A stretch of DNA of 52,554 nt. Source: Candidatus Bathyarchaeia archaeon. Its GTDB lineage: Archaea > Thermoproteota > Bathyarchaeia > Bathyarchaeales > Bathycorpusculaceae. Numbering within the stretch: position 1 is the stretch's first letter; the number at the start of each line of letters is the position of its first letter. A program made the position numbers and the translations under genes. The DNA lies in contig JBEKBM010000023.1 of NCBI GenBank assembly GCA_050015395.1, positions 1-52,554 on the forward strand. Reading direction: 5' to 3'. Of the stretch, positions 37,529 to 48,588 are shown in pieces. The notes under the pieces are model-generated. The model did not search any database. It saw only the letters and a program-made list of their open reading frames with translations, and had not been told where the DNA came from.

Positions 37529-40060
37529 ATGCAAAAACCAAAAAGCATAACTCTTTGTGCAATCGCTTTAATCCTGCTTATGGCTGCTTCTTCAGCGTTC
37601 GTCTTTGTACCTTTAGCTAAGGCAACCTCCGGAGTGGATGTTCCGACCTACGCCTACCTTAACATCTCACCTAGTCCAACAGGTGTTAATCAGGCAGTAG
37701 AGGTTACAATATGGCTTAATTTGGTTCCGCCGACAGCATACGAACAATTCGGCGACAGATGGCAAAACATGACCGTAAAAGTCACAACACCCGCCGGAAC
37801 TACTTCAACCTATGGGCCATACTCTAGCAGCGATGTAGGCGCTACTGACTTCAGTTATACACCCACAACAGTTGGAAATTACACTTTCGTATTTACCTTC
37901 CCTGGACAAATACTAGCTGGCGCGAACCCACCTTTCGGACCGGGTCCATATGGAAGCATGAATTTTCAAGACATCGGGAATTATTATGAGCCAAGCACAA
38001 GCTCGGTAGTAACACTTAGTGTACAGCAAAGCCCAATACTGCCTTATCCGACGACTCCGCTTCCGACTGGTTACTGGCAGTTCCCCATTAACGCCATGAA
38101 CAGCAACTGGCAATCAATTGCAGGCGACTGGCTGATGAGCGGCTACAACGGTCTCGGCAACAGATACAACCCCTATACCACAGCACCAAGCAGCGCGCAT
38201 TTACTATGGACTTATCCTGTAGCGGCTGGTGGTGTTGCTGGAGCCCCAACGGAATCGACCGACGCAACCTGGAACTACTACACTGGCATTGCATACGAAG
38301 CTAAATTCAATAGTCCCATAATCATGGACGGAAACCTAATCTTCAATCTACCAGACAGTGACAATGCAGGCGCCGGAGGTGCCGAAAGCATAAACCTCCG
38401 TACCGGTGCAGTCAATTGGCATATCAGCAGCGCAATAGCCTTCGGTGAAGAACTCGACTTTAATAGCCCTAACCAATACGGTATAATTCCCTACCTATGG
38501 GGTGGGGCTGCTACTCAAATGTTCGCAGCTCCTGGTGCAGCGTACACTGCCTATGACCCATGGACTGGCGCAGAATTATTCAACATTTCAAACGTCGTTA
38601 GCGGCTTAACGGGCTTCGGTACTGGCACAATGGAATTCGGTCCTAGCGGAGAACTGATAACCTACGTACTTGGAGCAAGTGGCTGGATAGCTATGTGGAA
38701 TTCAACACTAGACATTATGCACTACCAGAACGTAATGATGGGCGGTAATGCTTGGACGTGGAGACCAATGACCGACACAGACATGAACTGGATATACGGC
38801 GTACAATGGAACAACACCGTAGACACAAACTATGTAGGCCCTGGGGGCCAAATAGGAATCTCAGCAGTTACTCCTAACGCTATATTATGCACTTCAGGAA
38901 GCATCGTTACAGGGCAAAACTGGCAATGGGAAGTTGCCTACAGCGCACAAAACGGCGACCAATTGTGGGCAGTAAACCGCACCACCGCGGCGGGAGCTAC
39001 AGACTGGGCTCTAATGGGCCCAGCAGACTCCACACTCTACACTGAATTCGATGAAAGCGCAGAAACCTGGACCGCCTACAGCTTAACAACAGGCGCTCTA
39101 CTCTGGGGTCCAACAACACCCTACACAGCAGCCTTTGGCATGTACTCTTGGCAAGCTAGCATTGCCTACGGTTACCTCTTAGGTCTAGACTTCGGCGGAT
39201 ACCTGCACGCATTTAACCTTACAAATGGCAAAGAAGCGTGGAGTTTCTATGCTGGAAACAGTGGAATAGAAACTGCTTACGGAAGCTGGCCTCTGAATAA
39301 CCCACCGCCAACTAGTGCTGACGGTGAAATATTCGTGGTCTCAGGGCACGCCTATAACCCGCCGCTGTTCAAAGGAGCAAGCATCTACTGCGTTAACGCT
39401 ACCAACGGCAACCTAATCTGGAAAGAACTAGGCTTCTACACCTATGACCCAGTCGAAGTTGCAGACGGCGTCCTGGTCGCCTATAACTGCTATGACGCAT
39501 CAGTATACTGCTACGGCGCAGGCCGATCAGCCACCACAGTCTCAGCTACCCCCGGCGATGGAAACATCATGACCATACAGGGAACCGTCACTGATCAATC
39601 GCCAGGCAACACTTGCTTAGGTATCCCTGCGGCTGGTACTCCAGCAATTGCTGACGCCAGCATGAGCGCTTGGATGGCCTACCTATACATGCAGCAGCCA
39701 GAACCTATGAACGCAACAGGCGTTCCAGTAACGTTGACGTACACTGACCCGAACGGCAACACCTATCCAATGGGCACTACCACAAGCGACATAACAGGAC
39801 ACTACGCATACAAGTTCACTCCCACCCTACCTGGAGTATACACAATCACTGCAACATTCAGCGGATCCAACTCGTACTACAGCTCATCAGCGGAAACTTC
39901 CTTTACCTACGCCGCTCCACCTGCAGCTACTGCCGCACCTACAGCTACTCCGACATCAGTCGCTAACATGTACTTTGTTCCTGCAATCGCTGGCCTATTC
40001 GTTTTAATCATCATAGTAGCTATTGTACTAGCTCTATTGATGCTCAGGAAAAAACCATAA
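37529..40060 (+). CDS. Large secreted PQQ-like beta-propeller surface protein with flanking Ig-like domains and C-terminal TM
   Basis: Signal peptide; PLPTGYW..PI.A.N..W; AP.SAH.LW; G.VTDQSPG, PAIADASM.AWM.YLYMQ; Y.ITATF.GS.SY; TM + RKKP. Confidence 0.88.
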   Translation: MQKPKSITLCAIALILLMAASSAFVFVPLAKATSGVDVPTYAYLNISPSPTGVNQAVEVTIWLNLVPPTAYEQFGDRWQNMTVKVTTPAGTTSTYGPYSSSDVGATDFSYTPTTVGNYTFVFTFPGQILAGANPPFGPGPYGSMNFQDIGNYYEPSTSSVVTLSVQQSPILPYPTTPLPTGYWQFPINAMNSNWQSIAGDWLMSGYNGLGNRYNPYTTAPSSAHLLWTYPVAAGGVAGAPTESTDATWNYYTGIAYEAKFNSPIIMDGNLIFNLPDSDNAGAGGAESINLRTGAVNWHISSAIAFGEELDFNSPNQYGIIPYLWGGAATQMFAAPGAAYTAYDPWTGAELFNISNVVSGLTGFGTGTMEFGPSGELITYVLGASGWIAMWNSTLDIMHYQNVMMGGNAWTWRPMTDTDMNWIYGVQWNNTVDTNYVGPGGQIGISAVTPNAILCTSGSIVTGQNWQWEVAYSAQNGDQLWAVNRTTAAGATDWALMGPADSTLYTEFDESAETWTAYSLTTGALLWGPTTPYTAAFGMYSWQASIAYGYLLGLDFGGYLHAFNLTNGKEAWSFYAGNSGIETAYGSWPLNNPPPTSADGEIFVVSGHAYNPPLFKGASIYCVNATNGNLIWKELGFYTYDPVEVADGVLVAYNCYDASVYCYGAGRSATTVSATPGDGNIMTIQGTVTDQSPGNTCLGIPAAGTPAIADASMSAWMAYLYMQQPEPMNATGVPVTLTYTDPNGNTYPMGTTTSDITGHYAYKFTPTLPGVYTITATFSGSNSYYSSSAETSFTYAAPPAATAAPTATPTSVANMYFVPAIAGLFVLIIIVAIVLALLMLRKKP

Positions 40061-40384
40061 ACACGCACAAGGAAAAAAAACTAATTTCCCCCTTTTCTTT
40101 TATTTAAATCAAACACAAAATTCTCAAAATTAAACTGACAGAGCGATCAAATTTTATAAGGCTCTGTAGGACTCTTCATGTTCTCAGCAATAATATTAGC
40201 CTTTAAATAGCTTTTCTCATAAGCAATTTCCGGAGAGCAAACTATAAATGCTCTGATGTCACTCATCCTCTTTTCCTTTTTTAGTTCAAGTTTTCGAATA
40301 ACAAGTTAAATGTTCACTTTGTCATCAATTAACTGTTTTGGGCAAAACCATAAAAACCATGGCTACACATTAGGTATGATTTCC

Positions 40385-41161
40385 ATGAATAGAAAATTAG
40401 CAGTAACTTTTTCCCTATTAGTCATCTTAGGTTTTGGCTTAGCTGGACAAGCTTTAGCACAAACCACAAGTGGGGTGCCTGGAGTTAAGCTGGGCGATTA
40501 TTTCGTTTACTCCATAACTACCCACTGGAGCACCACAAATGACAGTCTCACGATACCAACTGAGCTGTTAATGTATAACAGCACTTTATATTACAACGTT
40601 ACTGTAGAAACTGTTCAAGACTCCAACGTTACTGTTATGAATAATTGGGCTTTCACTAACGGCACAGTCCTAACCGCACCTTCTCTATCAAATGTGGATT
40701 CTGGAGTACTTTTTGAGTATATACAAGGATACCCGGCTTTCCAAGGCTTCTTTGACGCTAACCTCGCCGTAAATGATCTGCTGTATCCTTCTGGCAATGG
40801 CACACTTACTATCACCCAAACAATAACTCGCGATTATCCAAGCGGCAAAAGAGGCACAAACATCGTCACAAGCGGCTCCCCCATTACGGACGTCAACAAC
40901 AACACCGGCACCGAAACCACAACATTATACATTGATAAAACCACAGGTGTCCTCGTAGAAAGGAACGATTTAATCCAATTCCCAGACTATACTGCCTCAA
41001 TTACCTGGACCTTAACTGGCACGAACCTCTGGACAGTTTCCGCGGCGCCATTGCTTGTACCTCTCATCATAGCCATCGTTGTCGTGATAGTTGCCGTCGT
41101 CGCGGTCGTAGTCTTTTACAGGAAACAGAAGAAAGGCGGAAAGAAAACCCGGCATAAATAG
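40385..41161 (+). CDS. Secreted, membrane-anchored hypothetical protein
   Basis: MNRKLAV signal peptide; GV..GD.F.Y; IDK.TGVLVE; TM + basic tail; start moved to 40385. Confidence 0.75.
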   Translation: MNRKLAVTFSLLVILGFGLAGQALAQTTSGVPGVKLGDYFVYSITTHWSTTNDSLTIPTELLMYNSTLYYNVTVETVQDSNVTVMNNWAFTNGTVLTAPSLSNVDSGVLFEYIQGYPAFQGFFDANLAVNDLLYPSGNGTLTITQTITRDYPSGKRGTNIVTSGSPITDVNNNTGTETTTLYIDKTTGVLVERNDLIQFPDYTASITWTLTGTNLWTVSAAPLLVPLIIAIVVVIVAVVAVVVFYRKQKKGGKKTRHK

Positions 41162-41312
41162 CAAAAATTATCTTTTTTCATCTTTTGTTTAAAGCTCTTT
41201 ATTTAAAGCAAGCATCCTTTTTTGTTTTCTTGATAACATATTGTGAGTACCAGTTGCGATTACTCGTAGTGAACTGACTATTTACGTTCCATACGCTCCT
41301 GCTTTTTCAGGC

Positions 41313-41482
41313 ATGCATATGAAAACCAAAATTATTGAGGCACAAAACCTCACTAAAACCACAAAATACCGTCAAAGCCGTTGAGGGCATTTCCTTTTCC
41401 GTGGACGAAGGGGAACTGTTCGGTTTCCTAAGCCCCAACGGCGCAGGAAAAACCACCGCCATCAAAATGCTAACCACCCTTC
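41313..41482 (+). pseudogene. Fragment of an ABC transporter ATP-binding gene (frameshifted, truncated after Walker A)
   Basis: [12 protein letters not shown] in one frame, then [37 protein letters not shown] in another; similarity then stops. Confidence 0.8.
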
Positions 41483-41699
41483 GCATCCATAACTTCGGGC
41501 AAAGCAACCGTAGTAGCGTTCCAAGCATTTGCACGAATACAGAAGTCTTCCAATTCGTGAGAAACAAGCACATTCCAAGAGCGTGAATTAATAGTGTGGT
41601 TCTTCTCTTTTTGTGACATTCTAATTACTCTGAAAACTAAATATGCACTCAATTTAACAAGTTCTAAATCGTTACTGTTTGCGCAAGCGTTTCCTTCAA

Positions 41700-42283
41700 T
41701 CAGCAATGTTACGGTTGAAGTAGCTGACGTTAGTGATACTAATGCGACTCAATATTCAGGTTTGAATATTCTGGCTAGCACTTCTCAAGTTGACAGTACT
41801 GGCACGTTCACTGTTAATGGAACCGTTCAGAACACTGGCGACGAGACAGCCGAGAATGTTTGGGTTATTACGACGTTTTATAGTACATCCGGAACGGTTG
41901 TAGGTTTGAATTACACGAATTACCTAGACTACTTATCTGGTTCGCTTGCGCCTGGTGATTCTGTGCCGTTTACGGCAACGCCCACGGATAATACAGTTCA
42001 GTTATCAAGTGAAATAACAAGTTATTCTTTACTGATTCAATCCGAGCCGCTGACGATTTCTGCGTCACCCACACCTTCCCCGTCACCTTCGGCAACGCCT
42101 ACTTCTTCTCCTACTGTTTCGCCTTCAGCGCAGTCTTCTGGTTCATCAGGATTCATTTTGGCTATTGTAGGCGCAGTGGTGATTGTTGCGGTTGCCGCTA
42201 CGGCTTTAGCTTTTCTAAGAAAACGTCGCAATCTACCTCCACCTCCTCCGCCTCCTCCACCCGGATCACAGGAAGAATATTAG
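41700..42283 (+). pseudogene. 5'-truncated paralog of the 35567 FxLYD-like surface protein
   Basis: TVNGTVQNTG...V.V..TFY...G.VVG...LAPG..V.F...P domain, TM and poly-Pro tail; lacks a signal peptide and the first domain. Confidence 0.65.
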
Positions 42284-42715
42284 GCTTCAGACTATTCAAT
42301 GTGGGCGAAAACCGAAGAAGGGTCTCTGAGATTATCGAAGGTATAAAGTCTCTCATTCTTTGGCAAAAATGGATGGTCAGCAATATCCGGTCCCATTTCG
42401 CGTAAACGTCACTGGCTCGTCTAATTTCTGTTAGGCTGGAAAAGATGGTCGGTCGGTGGAAATTTCGTGACGTTAAAGAGTTTTCTTTATTTATCAGTGA
42501 ATAAGAGGAAGGGTAGCCATATTAGCTGTTCGACAACACCCAATTGGCTCTTCAGTGATTTTGGCGGCTGGTTTTGGCTTAGGACTACTAGCTTACCACC
42601 AAAAAGCCAGGCATTAAAACAAAAATCAATTAACCGAAAGCTCAACCATACCAGCTAAGTCTCTCTTACTAAGTACAAAAAAAGATTTTCAGGACGGAAA
42701 CAGTTACCGCAATAA

Positions 42716-42982
42716 TCAACTAGTTGCTTTGTTTTGTTCGAACTTGATCAGTTCAACGGCTATTCTCCATATGAAGAATCCAATGGCGCTTGCAATGAAG
42801 GATAAGATAGTGAAGGTGTCTGTTCTCATCCAGGGAAAAAGATGTGACACAGGATCTGCCAGCCACATTGGATTAACAATTTGTATCACTACGCCGTCGA
42901 GCCATGCAAGCAAACCGTACAAGAATAACAGTTCACCAGCAACTTTGGCGACAAGAATTTTTCTTTCGGAAGCCCTTTTCAT
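42716..42982 (-). CDS. Small two-TM membrane protein
   Basis: Two hydrophobic segments; ATG with an upstream TTTATAA box. Confidence 0.7.
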   Translation of the reverse strand: MKRASERKILVAKVAGELLFLYGLLAWLDGVVIQIVNPMWLADPVSHLFPWMRTDTFTILSFIASAIGFFIWRIAVELIKFEQNKATS

Positions 42983-43051
42983 GTCTCATTAAGAAACGAG
43001 AACATTATTATAAAACTTGCGAGAGACAGCAAAACAATCTCAAATGGCACC

Positions 43052-44377
43052 TTAAATCTCAAAAATGCGGTTTCTCTTTCTGATGGTCACAAATAACGCC
43101 GTAGCCGCTGTGAACAAAACGAGCATCATCCATGACGAGGCTTCTGGAATTGAGGGGGTTGGCGAGTTACTTGGTGTGGGACTTGGCGTAGACAAGGTTG
43201 AACTAATTTTAGCCAGCCAAGCATAGGTAATAGGATTTCCTGCGGTTGCATAACTTGCTCCAGCGATTGCATAACCACCATCTTGCGTTTGAATAACGGA
43301 GTAAGCTTCATAATTAGTAGTGTTGCTTTCTCCAAAGCTTACCTCCCATTGCTCGTTACCTGCAGCGTCTGCTTTGACAAGTTTAATGCCAGCTATTGCG
43401 AAGCCTCCATCACTTGTTTGTGTCATAAACCTAGCTTCACCTTCACCGTAGTAATTTGTCCATTGCGCGTTGCCCAAAGCATCAGTCTTAACAATGGCAA
43501 TATTTGGTCCACCGCCATTACTGCGCAACCACATCCAACCTCCCAAAGCATAACCGCCGTCAATGGTCGGGACGACAGAATAGCAGACGTCGTCATCTTG
43601 GTTTCCGTAAGTCCTGCTCCACTGATAATCTCCAGTAGAATTAGTTTTTATAAGCAGGTAGTCGGGTGGGTTATTGACGGATCCTGCCAAAGCATACCCG
43701 TCATCATTTGTCTGGATAATTGAATTCACTGCTCCTTCTCCCAAAGTTTTATTCCACTGTTCATTTCCTAACGCGTCGGTTTTTACAAGCCAAATATTGC
43801 TTGAAACAACGCCGCTGGTGTCGGCGGATGAAAAGTTCGTTTGACCTGTCAACGCATAGCCTCCATCACTAGTTTCGGTTAGAGACGTCGCCCAGCTTAA
43901 TCCTGCTCCGCTGTAGGTTTGATTCCACTGCATGTTGCCTGCATCGTCGATTTTGGCAAGCCAGAAACCGCCCGCATATTCACCAGCTAATGCATACGCG
44001 CCGTCACTTGTTTGAATAAGCCATTTGCTGTAGGGGTTTCCTACGGCATCGTAAGTTTTATTCCACTGCAGGTTACCTGAAGAATCAACTTTGACAAGCT
44101 CAATTTCGGTTGGTGCACCATGCGAAGTGGAAGCTGTGCCTCCCAAAAGAAATCCACCATCAACAGTTTGAATGACTGAGTCTACTTCAAGTAAATCGCT
44201 TGCTGTATAGGTACGGTTCCATGCTATCGACCATACAGTTGAAGAAACGTTAGATGCTGAAGAGACGCTTGAAGTATCAGAAGCACAGTGCGCATTACCA
44301 GCTGACGCCAATCCACAAACCATTACAGCGATGAAAAATAGGCTCAGAACTTGTTTCTTCACCGCAAATGTCACCAC
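43052..44377 (-). CDS. Secreted beta-propeller-like repeat protein with PEF-CTERM-like anchor
   Basis: Repeats of IQT.DGGYALAG...L.K.D..GN.QW..TYG; PTPS-IPEA-TM-RKR tail. Confidence 0.85.
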   Translation of the reverse strand: MVTFAVKKQVLSLFFIAVMVCGLASAGNAHCASDTSSVSSASNVSSTVWSIAWNRTYTASDLLEVDSVIQTVDGGFLLGGTASTSHGAPTEIELVKVDSSGNLQWNKTYDAVGNPYSKWLIQTSDGAYALAGEYAGGFWLAKIDDAGNMQWNQTYSGAGLSWATSLTETSDGGYALTGQTNFSSADTSGVVSSNIWLVKTDALGNEQWNKTLGEGAVNSIIQTNDDGYALAGSVNNPPDYLLIKTNSTGDYQWSRTYGNQDDDVCYSVVPTIDGGYALGGWMWLRSNGGGPNIAIVKTDALGNAQWTNYYGEGEARFMTQTSDGGFAIAGIKLVKADAAGNEQWEVSFGESNTTNYEAYSVIQTQDGGYAIAGASYATAGNPITYAWLAKISSTLSTPSPTPSNSPTPSIPEASSWMMLVLFTAATALFVTIRKRNRIFEI

Positions 44378-44481
44378 TTAACCATAACGCTTACTTAGTT
44401 AAAATAATTTTTTCTTACAACGTTTTTTGCTCGTTAGTTTAACTATCCTCAGCTCAAAGTTACCCATTGATTTTCCATTGC

Positions 44482-45930
44482 TTATTTCATTTTGAGCAAT
44501 ATCTTGATAGTTTTCTTCGGATTTCGAATTGCCCTTAAAATTTTGTACCTTGTAAAAGTTGGATTAACCAAATTAGCTCTTGCACACAACTCACGCAAAT
44601 CGTCCGCTGAAAACTCCGGTGTCTCAATTAATGGCTCTGTTGCTGCGAGTGCGTAGTCGCAGAAGCCTTCTCTTAGAAAACCGCCTTGTTTTGCCTGTTC
44701 GTATAATGGTGTTCCGTAAAGTGGCATGGCAATGCTGAATATGAGGTTATCAGCGCCTAAACGTCTAAGCTTATACGCAAACTTTATGGTCTCTTCGATG
44801 TCTGCTTTGGTTTCCCCAATCAACCCCAAAACGAAGAAACATCCAACTTTTATGCCGACTTTTTTGCACATAACAACAGCTTGCTCGACACACTTCAAAT
44901 CTAAATTCTTGCCGATAACATCGTTCACAACCCGTTGCACTCCTGATTCAGGAGCAACACGAATCTTTTTACAGCCAGACCTCTTCATCTTTCTTAGAAG
45001 TGGTTCATCAAGCGTGTCTGCCCTAACACCATTAGGAGTAAACCACTCAACATGCAAGCCTCGCTCAACGATTAAGTCGCAAATATCAGCCATGCGTTTT
45101 TTATCCAGCGTCATGTTCTCGTCATAAAAATCGATCTGCTTAATCCCGTAAGTCTTCACTACATGCTCCAGCTCATCAACCACGTTTTTTGGGCTTCTGG
45201 CGCGCCAGGTTCTACCCCAAACGATACAGGTTGTGCAGAAAACACAGTTGTATGGGCAGCCTCTGCTCGTAGTCATAATGGTCCATGGCTTACTTATTTC
45301 GCCGCGCAACGGATTCTCCTTAACAGCCTCATAATAAAGTTTCATTGGGAGTAAATGCCTAGCGGGAAACGGCAAAGAATCCATATCCTCAATTATAGCG
45401 CGCTTACCCGTAAGAACAGGTTTCCCATTCTTCTTAAAGCCTAAACCATCTATGGTGGTGAAATCTTGCTTCCCTGACTCAAGCGCATCAACCAACTCAA
45501 AAATCGTGTTCTCTGGTTCGCCGATAACAACAAAATCCACATCAGAATCCAAAAGGCATGCTTCTGGTCTAGCTGAAGGATGCTGACCCATTAATACAAT
45601 AGCAATCTTTCTGTTAACAGCCTTTACTGCGTAGACCACTTCAAACGCGGTTTTTGACCAACCGGAAAACGGAATTTCAATAACAACCACGTCAGGTTTC
45701 CATTGCCTAACACGTTCAGCAATGGTTTGAGCACTTAAACCAACACGGTACTTGGTTTCATCCATTTCCACAAGGTTTTTCCAGCCTTCCGTTGGAGCAT
45801 CAATGATGCAGGCACTGTGCTTCTTTTCCAAAACAGCGGCGACTGACGCTAAGACTATGGGTGGAAAAACGTTTGGTTTTCCCCAAGCTTTAGGCTGAAT
45901 TCGCGGCGGATTAATCAAGCAAACACGCAT
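44482..45930 (-). CDS. B12-binding radical SAM enzyme
   Basis: LINPP, G.HPS, IGEPE, SRGCPYNCVFC, APESG, GLIGET. Confidence 0.93.
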   Translation of the reverse strand: MRVCLINPPRIQPKAWGKPNVFPPIVLASVAAVLEKKHSACIIDAPTEGWKNLVEMDETKYRVGLSAQTIAERVRQWKPDVVVIEIPFSGWSKTAFEVVYAVKAVNRKIAIVLMGQHPSARPEACLLDSDVDFVVIGEPENTIFELVDALESGKQDFTTIDGLGFKKNGKPVLTGKRAIIEDMDSLPFPARHLLPMKLYYEAVKENPLRGEISKPWTIMTTSRGCPYNCVFCTTCIVWGRTWRARSPKNVVDELEHVVKTYGIKQIDFYDENMTLDKKRMADICDLIVERGLHVEWFTPNGVRADTLDEPLLRKMKRSGCKKIRVAPESGVQRVVNDVIGKNLDLKCVEQAVVMCKKVGIKVGCFFVLGLIGETKADIEETIKFAYKLRRLGADNLIFSIAMPLYGTPLYEQAKQGGFLREGFCDYALAATEPLIETPEFSADDLRELCARANLVNPTFTRYKILRAIRNPKKTIKILLKMK

Positions 45931-45986
45931 GTGAACTGTGCACTTCTAAACCAGACATACCATAAAGCTTCGATTAAAACTTTGCA

Positions 45987-46973
45987 CTAAAACGGCAAAA
46001 AGAACAACCGCACACCCACAATGATGCCGACACACATAAGTGCCCACAAAACAATCGTCACATCCCTAATCCGCAAAGCACCCAAAATCTTGTCCCCAGT
46101 CAGCGTCTCCAAACTATCCCCAAGAATGTACTGACCCGGCTTCTCCAACTGGACCCGCAATGCACCAGCCATAGCAGCCATTGGCCAACCATGATTTCGG
46201 CTTGGCGTTTTCGCATGATCTCTATACGCGATTTTCCAAGCGTTTTTTGCGTCTTTGCCAAGAATTGTTGCCGCCACAATCATGAGCAGTGCAGTGAATC
46301 TTGTCGGTATGTAGTTGACGACTGTATCTAGGTTAGCGCTAAACCAGCCTGTGTTTATGTGTTCTTTATCTTTGAAGCCAACCATGCCATCAAGCGTATT
46401 TATGGCTCGAAAAGCGATTGCACCAGTAACGCCGAACAACGCAAAGGATAACATAGGCGAAAGTTTGAAGTCGATTAGGTTTTCAGCCATGGATTCGATG
46501 ACTGCGCTGCTGATTTGTGAGCCATTTAGGTTTTTGGAGTCTCTTCTTGAGAAATGACTGTACTTCTTTGCCTCATCAAGGTCATTTGCTTGGATGGCTT
46601 TGGCTGCGGCTTTTGCCCAATCAGTCTCAAGCTTAATACAAATAGTCATCTTTAATAGGATAATGCCGATGAAAGCGTAAACGAAGATGCTGATGTAAGT
46701 GTAGATTGCCCATAAACCAAAGTAAACTGGAAGCGCAAAAGCACAAATTACAGTCAGCGCCAAGAGAACGCCTAGGAGCTTTTCTATTTTTGGGTCTGGG
46801 TTTTTGAAGTATGGTTCGATTTTTTTAGTGAATTTGCCCATTAGAACGGTTGTGTGTAGCTTGAAAACCCACTTGTCAGGATAATTCGGCGATGGGTCGC
46901 CAAGAACCAAATCTAACACTATGGCTAAAATTAGCACGGTGATGGCGATTAGTATGTTTAAGACGTTTAACAC
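45987..46973 (-). CDS. cbiB: Adenosylcobinamide-phosphate synthase CbiB (CobD/CbiB family)
   Basis: DLVLGDP, ESMAEN, FRAINTLDGMVG, TPSRNHGWPMAAMAGAL.VQLEKPG; start probably GTG 46973 rather than 47099. Confidence 0.88.
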   Translation of the reverse strand: MLNVLNILIAITVLILAIVLDLVLGDPSPNYPDKWVFKLHTTVLMGKFTKKIEPYFKNPDPKIEKLLGVLLALTVICAFALPVYFGLWAIYTYISIFVYAFIGIILLKMTICIKLETDWAKAAAKAIQANDLDEAKKYSHFSRRDSKNLNGSQISSAVIESMAENLIDFKLSPMLSFALFGVTGAIAFRAINTLDGMVGFKDKEHINTGWFSANLDTVVNYIPTRFTALLMIVAATILGKDAKNAWKIAYRDHAKTPSRNHGWPMAAMAGALRVQLEKPGQYILGDSLETLTGDKILGALRIRDVTIVLWALMCVGIIVGVRLFFLPF

Positions 46974-47285
46974 CAACCAAGAGACCAAGCATTGCTTTCT
47001 TTGCTTTCGAGATACTTTGGATATTGAGTTTATATCGATTACGGTTTGCGGTTCTTTCAAGTCTTCGGTTGATGAGGTAGTTTTGGGTTTGGCTGTCAAA
47101 AATCGGTTGATGGCAGAAAGTTTATGTTTTTCGCTGAGAGTATTATTTGTATCTTCAAGAAGTGGATTGATAATGAACGTTCAACCTATCCAGATTAAAA
47201 CCGAGAAAAATTACCATACACCTATTTCTCGTTGTGGTCTATGCTAAAATTGAATGGGTCTTAAAATAAAAAAATGGGGTAGGTT

Positions 47286-48434
47286 ATGTTTCTTTACATA
47301 ACCTTTTTTCCAAATAAAGATGATGGTCGCAAACTGAGAGGGATGGAAATCGCAAAAGCGAGCATACCTCAAATCAGTCGAATCGACCAATATACATACA
47401 AAGTTCTTTCTCAGAACGGAAATGGTGAATATGCCGTTTGCTTATCTGAAAATGAATGGAGATGCGAATGCCCAGACCATCGCTTTCGAGCAGTAAAATG
47501 CAAACACATATGGGCTGTTGAATATAGCCTCAAACTGAGAGAGCAAGTAAGCAAGAACATAGTTATTGAAGAAGTAGCAATTTCGAACTGTATTTTCTGC
47601 CATTCTTCCAATGTTAAGAAATTCGGAGTTAGACACAACAAAGCTGGAGATATTCAGCGTTTTCTATGCGGAGACTGTAACAAAACTTTTACTGTGAACA
47701 TTGGTTTTGAGAAAATGAAGCATAACCCTCAAGCTATAACATCGGCTATGCAACTATATTTTAGCGGTGAATCCCTAAGAAATACAATGCAGTCGCTTAA
47801 GCTGTTAGGTGTTGAAGTCTCTTATCAAACGGTCTATAACTGGATTGAAAAGTATGTTCGCTTGATGAAAGATTACGTTGAGAAATTCAAGCCAAACGTT
47901 AGCGAAACATGGAGAGCCGATGAATTATACGTTAAAATTAAAGGCGATATGAAATATGTGTTTGCTCTCTTAGATGATGAAACCCGTTTCTGGATAGCTC
48001 AAGAAGTGGCAGAAAGCAAGTTTAAGCATGATGCTCGGATGCTTTTTGAAATGGGGAAGAAAGCAACTGGAACAAAACCAAAGACTCTCATAACTGATGG
48101 TCTTCCAGCTTATCATGACGCTTATAAAAAAGCGTTCTGGACACAGAAAAAAGAGACGCGAACAGAGCATATTAATGCAATCAAACTTAATGGAGATATG
48201 AACAATAACAAGATGGAACGGTTCAATGGTGAAGTTAGAGATAGAGAAAAGACCATAAGAGGATTAAAAAAGAATGATACAACGATGCTCTCAGGGTATC
48301 AACTTTATCACAATTTCGTAAGACCTCACATGGCATTAGACGGTAAGACTCCAGCGGAAGCGTGTGGAATAACAATCGAAGGAAAAAACAAGTGGAAAAC
48401 GTTAATCCAAAACGCATCTAAGACTAAGAACTGA
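47286..48434 (+). mobile_element. IS6-like DDE transposase with N-terminal SWIM and Zn-ribbon domains
   Basis: CECPDH....CKH (SWIM); CIFC...QRFLCGDC; WRADELYVKI, ITDGL..Y, NNKMERFN, HNF.RPH..L.G.TPAE. Terminal inverted repeats not identified. Confidence 0.88.
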
Positions 48435-48588
48435 CTTTTGCCTTTTTGCATGCGCACGCGGATTTTTTGGATTCTTCTGGGTTTGATCGTGCCTGCTTGC
48501 ATCCTTCTAATCAATTGTAATTTGCTTAATACTTTTAAAAAGGCGTAAATTAGCAAAAGACTATCTGTATTCTAAGGATGGAAATTAT

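Noticed and set aside
46974-47099. N-terminal extension of CbiB, and similar extensions on ORFs starting at 13203, 4760 and 40310
   Set aside because: Likely longest-ORF artefacts; better starts lie downstream
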